A stretch of DNA of 58,587 nt, counting the filler, from Sphacelaria rigidula (lineage: Eukaryota), in the NCBI GenBank assembly GCA_964200075.2. It is 9 parts of 9 records of this genome, joined end to end, with 100 filler letters (N's around TTAATTAATTAA, not from the genome) between each part and the next. Parts side by side here need not be neighbours in the genome. Positions count along the whole stretch, not along the records: positions 45,648 to 52,067 come from CAXNAA020020179.1; positions 52,168 to 58,587 come from CAXNAA020020180.1; 7 more parts are not named here. The stretch is one strand, 5' to 3'. The notes beneath the pieces are model-generated. The model was not told where the DNA came from and did no database searches. It worked only from the letters and a program-made list of their open reading frames with translations. Positions 48,350-58,587 of the stretch are shown here, piece by piece. Made by a program: the position numbers and the translations under genes. Position 1 is the first letter of the stretch, and the number at the start of each line of letters is the position of its first letter.

Positions 48350-48815
48350 GGCCGCAAACATCTGAAGAAGTCTTTTTGGAGCTTTTACGTCGTTTCACGC
48401 CCCAAAAGAGAGCCGGGCGGAGTGTGACACCTTGGAATGACTTGCTCTACTAGTTGATGCGGTTTCAGGACCTCTTTCCGTTTTCCGGTGGCCACAGTTT
48501 TCGTTTTGGCCAAACAATTTTTTTGTCCAGGAACGGTAAAAAACAGTCAACTCCAGAAAAAAGTGGCATTAAAAATTTCTGGACTTGACTGTTTTTTACC
48601 GTTCCTGGACAAGAACTCTTGTTTCGCCAAAATGCCAACTGTGGCCACTGGAAAACGAGAAGAGGCCCTGGAACCGCATCAAATACTAGAGTAGGTCATT
48701 CCAAGGTATGTAACTCCGCCTAGCTCTCCTTTGGAGCGTAAAACGACGTGAAAGCTCCAAAAAGACACTTTTTTCCAGATTTTTTGTTCTTGTCTATTAA
48801 TTATAAGGAGCGGCC
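48350..48815. mobile_element. Foldback MITE P3 with TAA target-site duplication, PIF/Harbinger-like
   Basis: TAA|GGCCGC ... GCGGCC|TAA, long palindromic arms. Confidence 0.85.
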
Positions 48816-50047
48816 TAAGCGGTGGTTCCCACACCTCGTTGAACTATTTTGTCGATCGTGTGCTGCAGAAAAACCGTAATCCATCCATACGTGGTGGTAA
48901 CATGTCGTATCGCCGTCGATTACATCAAACACGCATGTTATTCCTCGACGCTACAGTATGCGAATTTGTTTCTCCCATATTTTTCGCGGATGAATTAAGT
49001 TCGTATCCGCGGTAAGCCCGAAGAAGAAGAGATTCCAATTCTCAGCGCTGACAAATGCTGATCAGGATCACGAATGTCCGTTTCTTGTCTGCGAACTCTT
49101 GGATGCTTGAAAAGTTATAGGGATACACACCTAATTTTTCGCAAAAGTTGGTCCCCTATCACTCTATACATGAGCGTTGTGAGAACCCGTTGCGGGAGAA
49201 GTGTTGGGTCAGGTTTCCTCCTTCCTTCGAGAGGAATTTCTTTCGACCAACACGAGCACATCGATAGAGTGATGCCGCGATAGGGGTGCACAAATATTTC
49301 TTGAGGTTGGAATTTTTGGGAGGAGCCCTTTGTCTCACCGGAAGCATGACTAATGAAATACTCCGGAGTATGGGAGAGTACGCCAGGATTACTATTCCAA
49401 TGTGCGTGTAGATATCCCGAAGGAATTCCAAACGGGGATGCCCCGACCCATACTTCCTCTGTCCCATAAGTAAAGTCCCTTCTGGGGGATAGGCCGTACC
49501 TCGCCAACGGAGGTTTTTACGGTCTTATGGTTAGGTTCATTAAAAATATGAAGTTGTGAAGATGGCCACTGGAAAAAACAAAAACAAAATAATAGGCCTA
49601 CAGCCTTGAAATCGTCGGGTCAAACATGACCAAATTTCGCTAATCTGTACAGGGTCAGTCAAATTTCGACTAATTTTGCTTGTTTTGAAGTAGCTGAAGG
49701 CTAGAATGTAAACAAGTGGTTTCGGACGAGGCGTAGCTATCGTATGCCAGCGATGAACTAGAGAAAAAGAACCATATATAACAATTAACTCATTCATCTT
49801 TTTCGCCGTTGAAGAGCATTGGACGCAGGTGCACTTTTTGTCATTTGTTCACTTGATTTTAGAGTACATTTTTTCGCGCCCATTTCATTCTCCCTGAACT
49901 GAAGCTCCGAGAAGCCAGTATTGACTCTTAGTTGATTTTAGAGTACAGCGAAACGGGGCCGTCGTTCTGTCAACCTCTGACACGTTTTCCGCTTCGATTT
50001 CGGTAGACATTTCGCTTGAGGTCGATTCGGGAGCATCGCTTTCATCG

Positions 50048-50626
50048 CTTTCCCAGCGTCTCTGCCCGGTCAAGCAATACCTGACTTCACAGTATCACAG
50101 TACACGTTTTCCGCTTCCATTCCGCCAGACATTTCGCTTCAGGAGGTTTCAGGAGCATCGCGTTCCCGGCAGTGTTTTGCATAGTATTTTCATCCATTTC
50201 ATTTTCATAACCGTTCCGTCGTTTTTTCCACCACACACAGGCCTCCCAATCGCTCCGCTGTTTTTGGTCGGAATCCCAGAACGTTCCCAGGAGCTCTGAG
50301 AACCGAGCATTTCCCCTTACTTGATTATACACAGGGCAGAACGTCTCTGCTATCATGAGTCGTGGACTTTCCCAGCGTCTCTGCCCGGTTCTCTCAACCT
50401 CTTACAAGCATTACCTGATTTCACAGTATCACAATATTTCCGCTTCCATTCCGCTAGACATTTCGCTTCAGAAGATTCCTTTTGCATAGTATTTTCATCC
50501 ATTTCATATCCATAACCGTTCCGCCGTTTTTCCACCGCACACGGGCCTCCCAATCGCTCCGCTTTTTTTGGTTGGAATCCCAGAACGTTCCCAGGAGCTC
50601 TGAGAACCGAGCATCTCCCCTTACTT
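50048..50626. repeat. Tandem duplication, period about 320 bp
   Basis: 50048-50322 and 50367-50626 are colinear with indels; partial third unit about 49980-50040. Confidence 0.9.
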
Positions 50627-51394
50627 AACCCCTAGACCGCGAGGTTAGTCTTCTGTTGAATCGGCATCAATTTCAAGTGAAAAAAAGTATGCATGATCCA
50701 GAAGGACTAATCTCGCGGTCAAAACAAAACATCATTAAGCCTCTTCTCCTTACCCTGCCCCCGGGACACGGGTCTCCATATTATGCACACAGCGCGATAT
50801 ACTGCACCTGAAGCTGTGATCTGTTCCGTCGCCTAATGCGAGCAACGGTGACCGGTCTTCATGTACCTTGGCTATCGATCTCATTGAGCGTTGCGGCGGA
50901 AGCCGCCAAACCCCTTGTATATATATATTTTGCCGCGTTTCGGGTTCCTAGGGTTCTTCTCTGTGTTTCCGAGCCGACTGATCGTGTATCGGCCAATTTG
51001 CGCACGCTGGCTGCTGCGCAAACAAGGGAATAAAAAGACGCGATTCAACTGAAAACCCCCGGAAGATTGAAGAATATATATCGCCTACGGCATCGGACAC
51101 AGTTGAGGGTCCGTGTGATCATAACGGACTTTATATGGGGGACAGGGGAAGTATTTTTGTGCATCTTGAATCATTGGGGAACCCCTGAATCAGACACGAT
51201 TTTGCCCAAAAAGTTCACCCTTACTGTAGCATTGCTCGATACTCTTTCGTCTCCCTCGGTTTCTGTTTTGTTCAATCGTGCACTTGGTTTGTCATCAATA
51301 TAACGGTCATCGCATGTGGCCCAGGTCCGATTAGGCTTCTCTCGGAGGGGATGTGTGGTCAACGGTCAATGAAGCAAGCAACAAATAAACTACC

Positions 51395-51610
51395 CCCGCC
51401 TGGTCCAGCAAAAACCCGGCGTGCTCCGTCCCGGCTTTGTAGCGATGCGAGGTGAATGCTCTTATGACTATGGCATGCATGATCACGAGTACAACCCCCC
51501 CCCCCCCCCCCCCCTCCTCCCCCCTCCNNNNNNNNNNTGTTTAGATGTGCAGTTAATTCTCTTTTGACTACTGCCTCCATGATCACGAGTACCCCCCCCC
51601 CCCCCCCTTC
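51395..51610 (-). repeat. Two family A heads in reverse around a 10-N gap
   Basis: ..ATGACTATGGCATGCATGATCACGAGTACAA-C-run and ..CATGATCACGAGTA-C-run. Confidence 0.85.
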
Positions 51611-52067
51611 TCAACGTCCGTGCTTGTCTTCTCATGCGTACGTACCCACAGGAGGCCGCGTACAACCGTGTGATGGAGCTAACAGGGACCGTATTCCACG
51701 AACGCTGGTTGACGTTTGCGGATGCGTAAATCGTTCCGATAAAGGTCCAAGAAAAGTGGTCCCATCGTCCCCACTCACCCTCTATGGGTAGAAAATTACC
51801 GAACGACGAACGCGCCGGCGGGGGAGGGGGGTAGGGGGGGCGTGTAGCTGTACATGGCTGTGTTATTGCATCTGGTCGGATGTTGAGGCATGACGCCGAG
51901 ACATTGACCTTGAGCGTCATTTTTTTTTTTCATCTTCTCTGCCCTATTTTGATTAGTAGGCGAGAATGAAGGTAAGACCATGCCCGTTTGCGCCACCTCA
52001 CCCTTGGCTGGTGGCCGACATGAGTGAGGAAGGTTGAGACGGGGGTTAGCGGTCGGGCCTCGGGGGG

Positions 52068-52167
52068 NNNNNNNNNNNNNNNNNNNNNNNNNNNNNNNNN
52101 NNNNNNNNNNNTTAATTAATTAANNNNNNNNNNNNNNNNNNNNNNNNNNNNNNNNNNNNNNNNNNNN
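52068..52167. other. Artificial contig linker
   Basis: Same 100-bp linker. Confidence 0.99.
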
Positions 52168-53029
52168 CTCGGTCGCAAGTGTTTCGCGTCTTCCCTGCAA
52201 GAGAGAAATGCTACTTCAACCTCATTTTTGTATGAACCCCATTTTCTAGGATCCTCTGTTATATATAGGCCATCGACATGCTCTGGTTATCATGAACTGT
52301 GTACGAGGCGCAGGAGGCGTAGTTTTTGTCAGGGAATGCTAGGACGCAACCATACTGCAGTACAGGCAGTATGAAACACGTGATTCGAACAAGACACAAG
52401 ACGAAACATTCACATTATGATAAATACCTGGGCGTTTTGGTACTGAAACGAGCCCACCAGTTCCTCCACTGCCTACCGTACGAAGATAGCAAGGGACGAA
52501 TCAATGATTCGTCCGGAAATTATTCGATTTTTAGTGTATTTGATTCGTACCGTATGCATCAATCCTTAGGCTTTGTTTTCGGTTTTGCAACCCACGTACG
52601 GGTAGCCCAGGCACTTGGAATGGCGCAAAAGTTGCGTGGAGACCTGTTTGACCAGCGGTCGACTTCTTTCTCTCTTTCGAGCAATCAGGCCTAAGAAATC
52701 GTGGATTTGATTATTCAAATCGGCGATGATCCGTCCGAACCATGGACGATAGATACTACGTGTAAATTACGAAATAAGTTACGGACAGACCTTTTCACTT
52801 CGGGGTAAAACGGTCCACCCGAGACCAATTCGGTTTCACCGCCGAAATCCGAGACGGCAACGTCACGAACACCGAAATGAATTGAAATTGGAAGCGCCCT
52901 GGACACAGGGCAATCTATACAGCACGATGCTTTCGGTCAGGGATGGTGTCCCAGCGGTGGATGTTCAGCGAGAAGCACGACTTTGCCCGCGAGAAAACCC
53001 CCACAACACGAGACCAACCCAAGAAATGA

Positions 53030-53206
53030 TCACTCGAGCTTTTTCCTGCGCATGTACAGCAAGGGTAGGCCAACGGTATTCATAAACGATTTCCCCGCGG
53101 CATCCTTCGCCTTTGTGAGCTTGTGTGTCCCCCAGTATTCCGCCAAGTCGTTTTGTGCCTCCTTCACCCTGATTCCTGCGATATACTCGGCCAGTTCCAT
53201 GCGCAC
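53030..53206 (-). CDS. IQ-motif coiled-coil protein, probable last exon
   Basis: acacag|GTG acceptor, phase 0, 59 codons to TGA; VRMELAEYIAGIRVKEAQNDLAEYWGTH...RKKLE*. Confidence 0.75.
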   Translation of the reverse strand: MRMELAEYIAGIRVKEAQNDLAEYWGTHKLTKAKDAAGKSFMNTVGLPLLYMRRKKLE

Positions 53207-55265
53207 CTGTGTGCGCGCAGCACCAAAACGTACACACCAAGAGGCAGATAGACGTTCGTAGACGATGTGTGCGGTCAAATGGTCTCCTCAATACTGTGCA
53301 AAGCAGCAGATCAGCTTTGGGTGCGTTAAGCTAGTGTCACCCTGCGAGCCCCGCGCCTGCCTTACGACGTACCGATTCCGTCTTCTTTTTTGTCTATTTG
53401 TCCTTGCGAAGAGACAATATTCGGCTCTCTTAGCATGCATCATTTAACACAATTGAAAATGTCATGCTACAGTAGAGGTTTCACATCTGGGCTCATTCAT
53501 TTTTTCATTTAAGGGCTCCTAACCTTAGGAGCTACACAAGAATATCGGTTAGGACCTTGCCGTTTTTCAATCCATCCGGGATATGCACAGCCCTTTGGAA
53601 CGCTAATCCTCACGTGCTCTCACATATTTCAGAAGTTGTTTCTTGGATGAGATAGGAGGCTCCTGACAATTCGAATCTCAAAAAAAAAAAGTGTATCTCT
53701 ACCGCAGCACCAGTCAAGAAGAAAGAATATTACTGTAGGCGCTCTTTGCATGCCTCATTTATCACAATTAGTGCCTCTCTTCTCTTCCTTGTTCGTCTAG
53801 AGGGTCACGTCGCAGCAAGTGACGCACACAGTGTTTTCCAAGCCTGATACATCGTGACTCGTTCGTGAACGTGTTTTTGTATTTGCGCCGGCGCCATTTT
53901 CGGGTGTGGCTCTCGACTTTGAGATCACCATAATAGTGACTCTCGTTATTGACGGGAATATCCAGGGGAGTGGCGGCGTGGTAGTACAGCAGCCCGCAAT
54001 ATATCGTGCGGAGAACGGCTAAGGGGCATTCATAACCAGTCAAACTTTCGGGGACACGATTCGGTAGTGTGGTGCAAAAAACGCTGCAGTGTCTGACCGC
54101 CAGGCGAAAATGTAGGCTAAAAATGCACAGGATAGGTACAGTCATCCAGCACTGCCTCGACCGTCAAGTAGTATTGTTTGGTTTCTTTTCTCATAAGCAG
54201 CCCATGAAGTTCGAAGCTCTGAGTCACGCGGTGGTTCGAACGCTGCTCCCCTCCAACGAAGACTCCTGCGCTCCGTACTCCTACCCTCCTCGAACATGCG
54301 AACAATTCACGACGCCAAGTGAGCCGCGAAAATCCCAAATATCGGGTATATACAACGCTCGCAGCTGAACTGGCAATTTCAATTGATACTGTCCGGCGTG
54401 AGCCCAACGAATATTTTTTCGGGATCTGTTTTCTGTGCTCCTCCCATGTGTACCGTGTACAGCGCGACTGAAGTGGTACTCGTAATCAAATTCCGTGTGC
54501 AGAGAGAGAGAGAGAAAGCAGGGCTTGTGTTGACACTTGGGTGTAGCGAGTGGAACCTACGCTTGACCGTTGACTTCACGTGCTTCTGTGAGAATAATAT
54601 AGGAGTTGAAATGCAGTACTTGTAAGGGAGATGGAGTGATGCCGCGGAACCCCCTCCTCCCCTTCAAACCAACCCCGAAAGTGTCGCGAAGAAGATGGCC
54701 ATACAGCGCATGATAGCTAGTTTCAGACAGCGTAAAGCGCCTCATATGGGCGATACCGGGGAAAAAGATCCCAGGCGTGGGAGTTCCCAGCTACTCGGTG
54801 TGCTCGGCTTCGCCATTCCGATCCACATGTAGACGTTGCCTCCTCAAAGCAGCCATTTTTCTGGGGGGGGGGGTGCTATCGCGGCAGCGCTCAGTCGTAA
54901 AGATATATATTCTGTCCTCATCAGACTACTTCTTGTGTTAACTTTCTTCGTGCGTAAGGTTTTCTGCATGTGCAGTGCCCCGAGTGTATTGTTGCGGAAA
55001 CAGGATAAAGACGTTCAACACAGGTCAGAGCGCTCCTCTACATCGCACAACGCAATATATTATGTCAAAACGGTCAACAAAAAGCACACTTGTAGGTTGA
55101 ATTGACGATTCCGAATTCCATGAGAGGTTAGCCGAATGGTGCCATTATACGCTAGCACTTGACTCACAGACCAGCCCCCTCCCCCGTATAAAAATATTCG
55201 GCACTCCTTGTGGACTTTTTTCCGCCCGCCTTTACAGTATACACGCAAACAACGCAAAGACGTAC

Positions 55266-55418
55266 CTCCGAGGCCTCCACCCGACCTAGGTGCCCGCGGT
55301 ACGCCCGTTGTATGTTGATAGCCGCTTCGGTGAGGACGGACTTGAGGGCCTCGATCTCGACACGTGTCAGAGCCCACCTCTGGGCGAACACTCGGCCACG
55401 GTGACCCCGGAACACCCG
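55266..55418 (-). CDS. IQ-motif protein, internal exon
   Basis: ttacag| and |gtacgt, 153 nt, phase 0; RVFRGHRGR... and AAINIQRAYRGHLGR (IQxxxRGxxxR). Confidence 0.9.
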
Positions 55419-55469
55419 CTGTAACGCGTCGTCCCGAACAGGCATGAAATGGGATCAGGGTGGGGAGAA

Positions 55470-55550
55470 GGGGGGGGCGGGGCGTACTCATTTGTTGCTT
55501 GACTTAGTCGTTTGACCATTGACCACGCATCCCTTTCGAGATGGAGCACC
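55470..55550 (+). repeat. Family B head, intronic
   Basis: Matches 26110-26190. Confidence 0.85.
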
Positions 55551-56381
55551 GTTTCTACTCCTAATAGAGATACCTCCAAAATTTGGGTGCTCCTTGCGTT
55601 TCTTCCATACTCTACACCGCGGGAGAGGCGATGTTGAATACATTACGTGGATCCCAAAGTTACCAAGGGATCTCGAATCATAAAACACTTGTGTAGTTTG
55701 TGTACTATTCCCTCCACATGCCGTGCCCGAGGGAGGGGAAGTGACGGTGTTGATACCCCTACGTAATCCGACTCTACACATGGGTGAGAACACATTAACC
55801 CCGGGGGGGTAAAACGCTTCGGCCGTTGTGGTGGCGGACTTGGTGAACCCACATGAATTTTCACATGGGCACCCCCCCCCCCCTTAACGTCCTTATTCTC
55901 GCTGCGAAACAGTCAATTACAGCACTTGTCGTGTCCAGACCCCGCGGTGACATTCGAAATGTCAAAGTCTTGAGGGGGGCATATCACGTTGAGGGCACCA
56001 TCCAGAGGTATGGCGACGTCGGAGATTTCAGGCGGGAAGTCTCCAACAGCAGTCCCCGAAACGGGTAGGAGTTACGGGCATCTGAAGGGATCGACGTTGG
56101 CATGTTGTACACGCCCCGAGCATCATACGATGCTCACATATATGACTGGTCGAAACAAACCCGGCCGAATCTTTTCCCAGTGGTTGCCGCACGAGTGGGC
56201 CATTATCAACCACGACATAAGAAATGAACGTGTATATCTATATGTCATACATACCTTTGTTTTCTCACATACATATAAATATATTGAGAAAAGCGTGTTG
56301 CAATACGAACGCCGCCGCAACAGAATAATACGCTGTGCTACATACATATGATTCCCCACACCCGCACACGTTGATTCACAC

Positions 56382-56558
56382 CTGAATGTTCCGGGCTGCA
56401 GCATCTCTTGCTCGCGCCTGGAGAATCCTGTTTCTTCTCCGCTGCGAGATGTTCCGTTTCTCCTCCACCTCCCTTTTGGCACGGCGCTCTTCCGCCATCC
56501 GGGCACGCGCCAGGAAGTTCCGACGCGCGGCCGCTCTCGCCCTCGCCTTCACCTCTTC
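56382..56558 (-). CDS. IQ-motif protein, internal exon
   Basis: ctgcag| and |gtgtga, 177 nt, phase 0; charged helix ending AAARNIQ, which splices to RVFRGHRGR to form a complete IQ motif. Confidence 0.88.
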
Positions 56559-57505
56559 CTGCAGCAAACGTAGTGGTGGTTACGAGAGCGAAACGATATC
56601 CAAATAGACGCCATGCAGTCGCGTATAAACTTCGTTCTTGGCGATGAAAACACAGCCGTCGGATTTGAACGAGCAAAGTAATCCGGTGGGAACCATTCCC
56701 TCGACAGGCAGACCCTGTGTACACGCGCGCGCGCACACACACGCGTATGTATGTACTTACTGTAGTCTTGCTCTATTGAACGCAAAGAACTGCGGTACGT
56801 TTAGTTCATCTCTGGAAATCTGCCACCAGGCCCTTCTTTTCCATCTTGATTGAAGACAAAAATAATGCCATTCGCCAGTGCTCCACCAAGGCTCAAGGTC
56901 GGAGGCGTGAATGCAACATCTGGCGACATTCATCAGTTCTCTGGCTGCAAAGGGGCGGTTGTCCCTATATACACAGTCCTTCTCCAATGGTGAACCCCAT
57001 AATTATAGATGAGGATAAATTCGCGAATTGCTCCGCGGATACCTTTGCGACTCGCTTGGTGATCAAAGAATAAAATACTTGTTTCTCGTGGGCAGACTCG
57101 ATCATAGCACAAGGACTCTGTTCGTTGCGAGTTGTGCCCTTTCATGGTGTTTTTAGCGGGGACAGGCCCAAGCCTAACCCTGACCTCGAGGGTAGCACCG
57201 CAGTAATACCTGAGGATTCATTGCTATCGCGCTTTTTCGAGACGCAGGCCAAGATCTTGGAGGGACCAACAGAGTATGCGGTTTCTATGCCTCCGTAAGC
57301 CGAGCTTTTCCTGGAAAACGTACAGGGTATTCGTTGTGGCAACACCTGAGTTCCAATCGCTCTCCGTAGGCTCTGTCTTTGTGAGGGCGTGTAATCAATA
57401 TCGCAGAAACTAGCGAATCCGACAGATATCCCCCCCCCCCCCCTTCCCTCCTACTTCGTGAACCCTTCTTGCCCACTTTGCCATATGGCGACCCAAGCAA
57501 CGGAC

Positions 57506-57709
57506 CTGCACCATCGTTTTCCGTTCCGACGTCTGAGGTGCCCGGTACTGAGTGTCCATGTCTTTGCTGATAACATCTCCCTGCCCCGACCAGGATGATT
57601 TTTCTCTCTGAACGAGCCGCATTGAGTGCAGGTATCCTTGAACCATGCAGAATAGTCCAAACTTCATCGTTGTCTCCGTTTCCTTCAGTAGATGTTCTTT
57701 CTCCTGGGC
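57506..57709 (-). CDS. IQ-motif protein, probable upstream exon
   Basis: tcgcag| and |gtccgt, 204 nt, open, phase 0-0; AQEKEHLLKETETTMKF...SERKTMVQ; no motif support. Confidence 0.55.
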
Positions 57710-57799
57710 CTGCGACCGATATCAGATATCCGTACACGTTGGTTTTCAATCGAAGCGCAGCGAGTAGCAGGCATCCTCTGTGAGCCGGACAGACTGAGT

Positions 57800-58450
57800 A
57801 ACCTCTCCATATATGTTATGGACATTTATGCATGAGGGCGAAATATCAGCGAGTGGTTCCACATCTGCCAGGGGCACAGGAAAGAGTGCGTTTTGTCCCC
57901 GCTATCGTGCAACATCTTCGGCTTAGCCCTGGTCGAGGTAATCTTATAGGGATTCGCGGCAGACCCAGCCACCGTCTCAGACGTGGGGACTCTACATGAG
58001 CGCCCGAAGGTGAGGATGATGGCCCCCTGAAAAAGACAGCACTGGAGGAGGGGCGGCGCGCGGTGTGGCGGGTGCTATATTCGGGTGGTGCCGGCAGAGT
58101 CTCGAGGTCCCCAGACGGGCATGCTAGATTGATGTCCGTCATGGTGCTGGCCTGCCAGGACTTCGGATTGAAGGTATCGGAGAGCAAGACAGAGTTCATA
58201 CGCCTGTGATCAGTAGCTAGCTCCGCAGGGACAGCTATGTACATCAATTCGGCAGGCCAATGGTTGAAGCAGACAGCCGGGTTCCCCTACCTTGGTGGTG
58301 CAGTCAACGCAGGCCCAAGCATGTGGTGGTCGATATCAATACCCGCGTCAGCGCTGCGTGGGCATGGCTCTCAAAGTTTAGTTCTCAACTCTACGGGCGA
58401 TCCAACGCTCAGCCACCTAAAAAAATTCCACGGATAGGACAAATCATCAC
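57800..58450 (+). mobile_element. Degenerate non-LTR (RTE-like) LINE reverse transcriptase fragment
   Basis: WFHICQGHRKECVLSPLSCNIF (from GxRQGCVLSPLLFN), VLYSGGAG (decayed YADD), FGLKVSESKTE, FPYLG. Confidence 0.85.
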
Positions 58451-58513
58451 TGGTTCAAAACACCACATCCACGATTTCTTCGGTCTGATTGCCCAAAAGG
58501 GAGGGAAAAGTAT

Positions 58514-58587
58514 ACCGCTGGTCCAAGGGGTATCCACGCAACGTTTGCGCCATTCCACGTGTCTGGACTGCGTGTACTTGGGTTGCA
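58514..58587. repeat. Dispersed repeat shared with 19578-19651
   Basis: High identity over about 74 nt. Confidence 0.9.

Noticed and set aside
6423..52167. Regularly spaced TTAATTAATTAA repeats as a biological array or CRISPR
   Set aside because: Embedded in N-runs with an exact 100-bp format; assembly linker
1..58587. A multi-gene system combining kinase, SUN, TL15 and IQ genes
   Set aside because: The genes are on separate unlinked contigs

Overview
This window is not one locus. It is nine unlinked, size-sorted contigs of 6420-6422 bp (1-6422, 6523-12943, 13044-19464, 19565-25985, 26086-32506, 32607-39027, 39128-45547, 45648-52067, 52168-58587), joined by artificial 100-bp linkers (N44-TTAATTAATTAA-N44). 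The DNA is eukaryotic, intron-rich and repeat-rich. A thylakoid-lumen gene, the splice-site style and the transposon content are most consistent with a brown alga or other photosynthetic stramenopile (inference). Reading splice sites by hand gives parts of four host genes that the ORF track mostly misses: a NEK-like Ser/Thr kinase (contig 1, +), the last exon of a SUN-domain protein (contig 2, -), four exons of a TL15-like thylakoid pentapeptide-repeat protein (contig 5, -) and an IQ-motif coiled-coil protein (contig 9, -). Most of the rest is transposon material: degenerate Ty3/Gypsy elements (one with RT/RNase H deleted), an RTE-type LINE fragment, a tRNA-headed SINE, Tc1/mariner-like, PIF/Harbinger-like and CAC-terminated non-autonomous elements, and several unclassified dispersed repeats. 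I found no convincing novel multi-gene system. The most interesting items are a repeat family bracketed by same-strand G-runs, a decayed duplicate exon in the TL15 gene, chained foldback MITEs, a repeat carrying telomere-like units, and a candidate miRNA-like hairpin.
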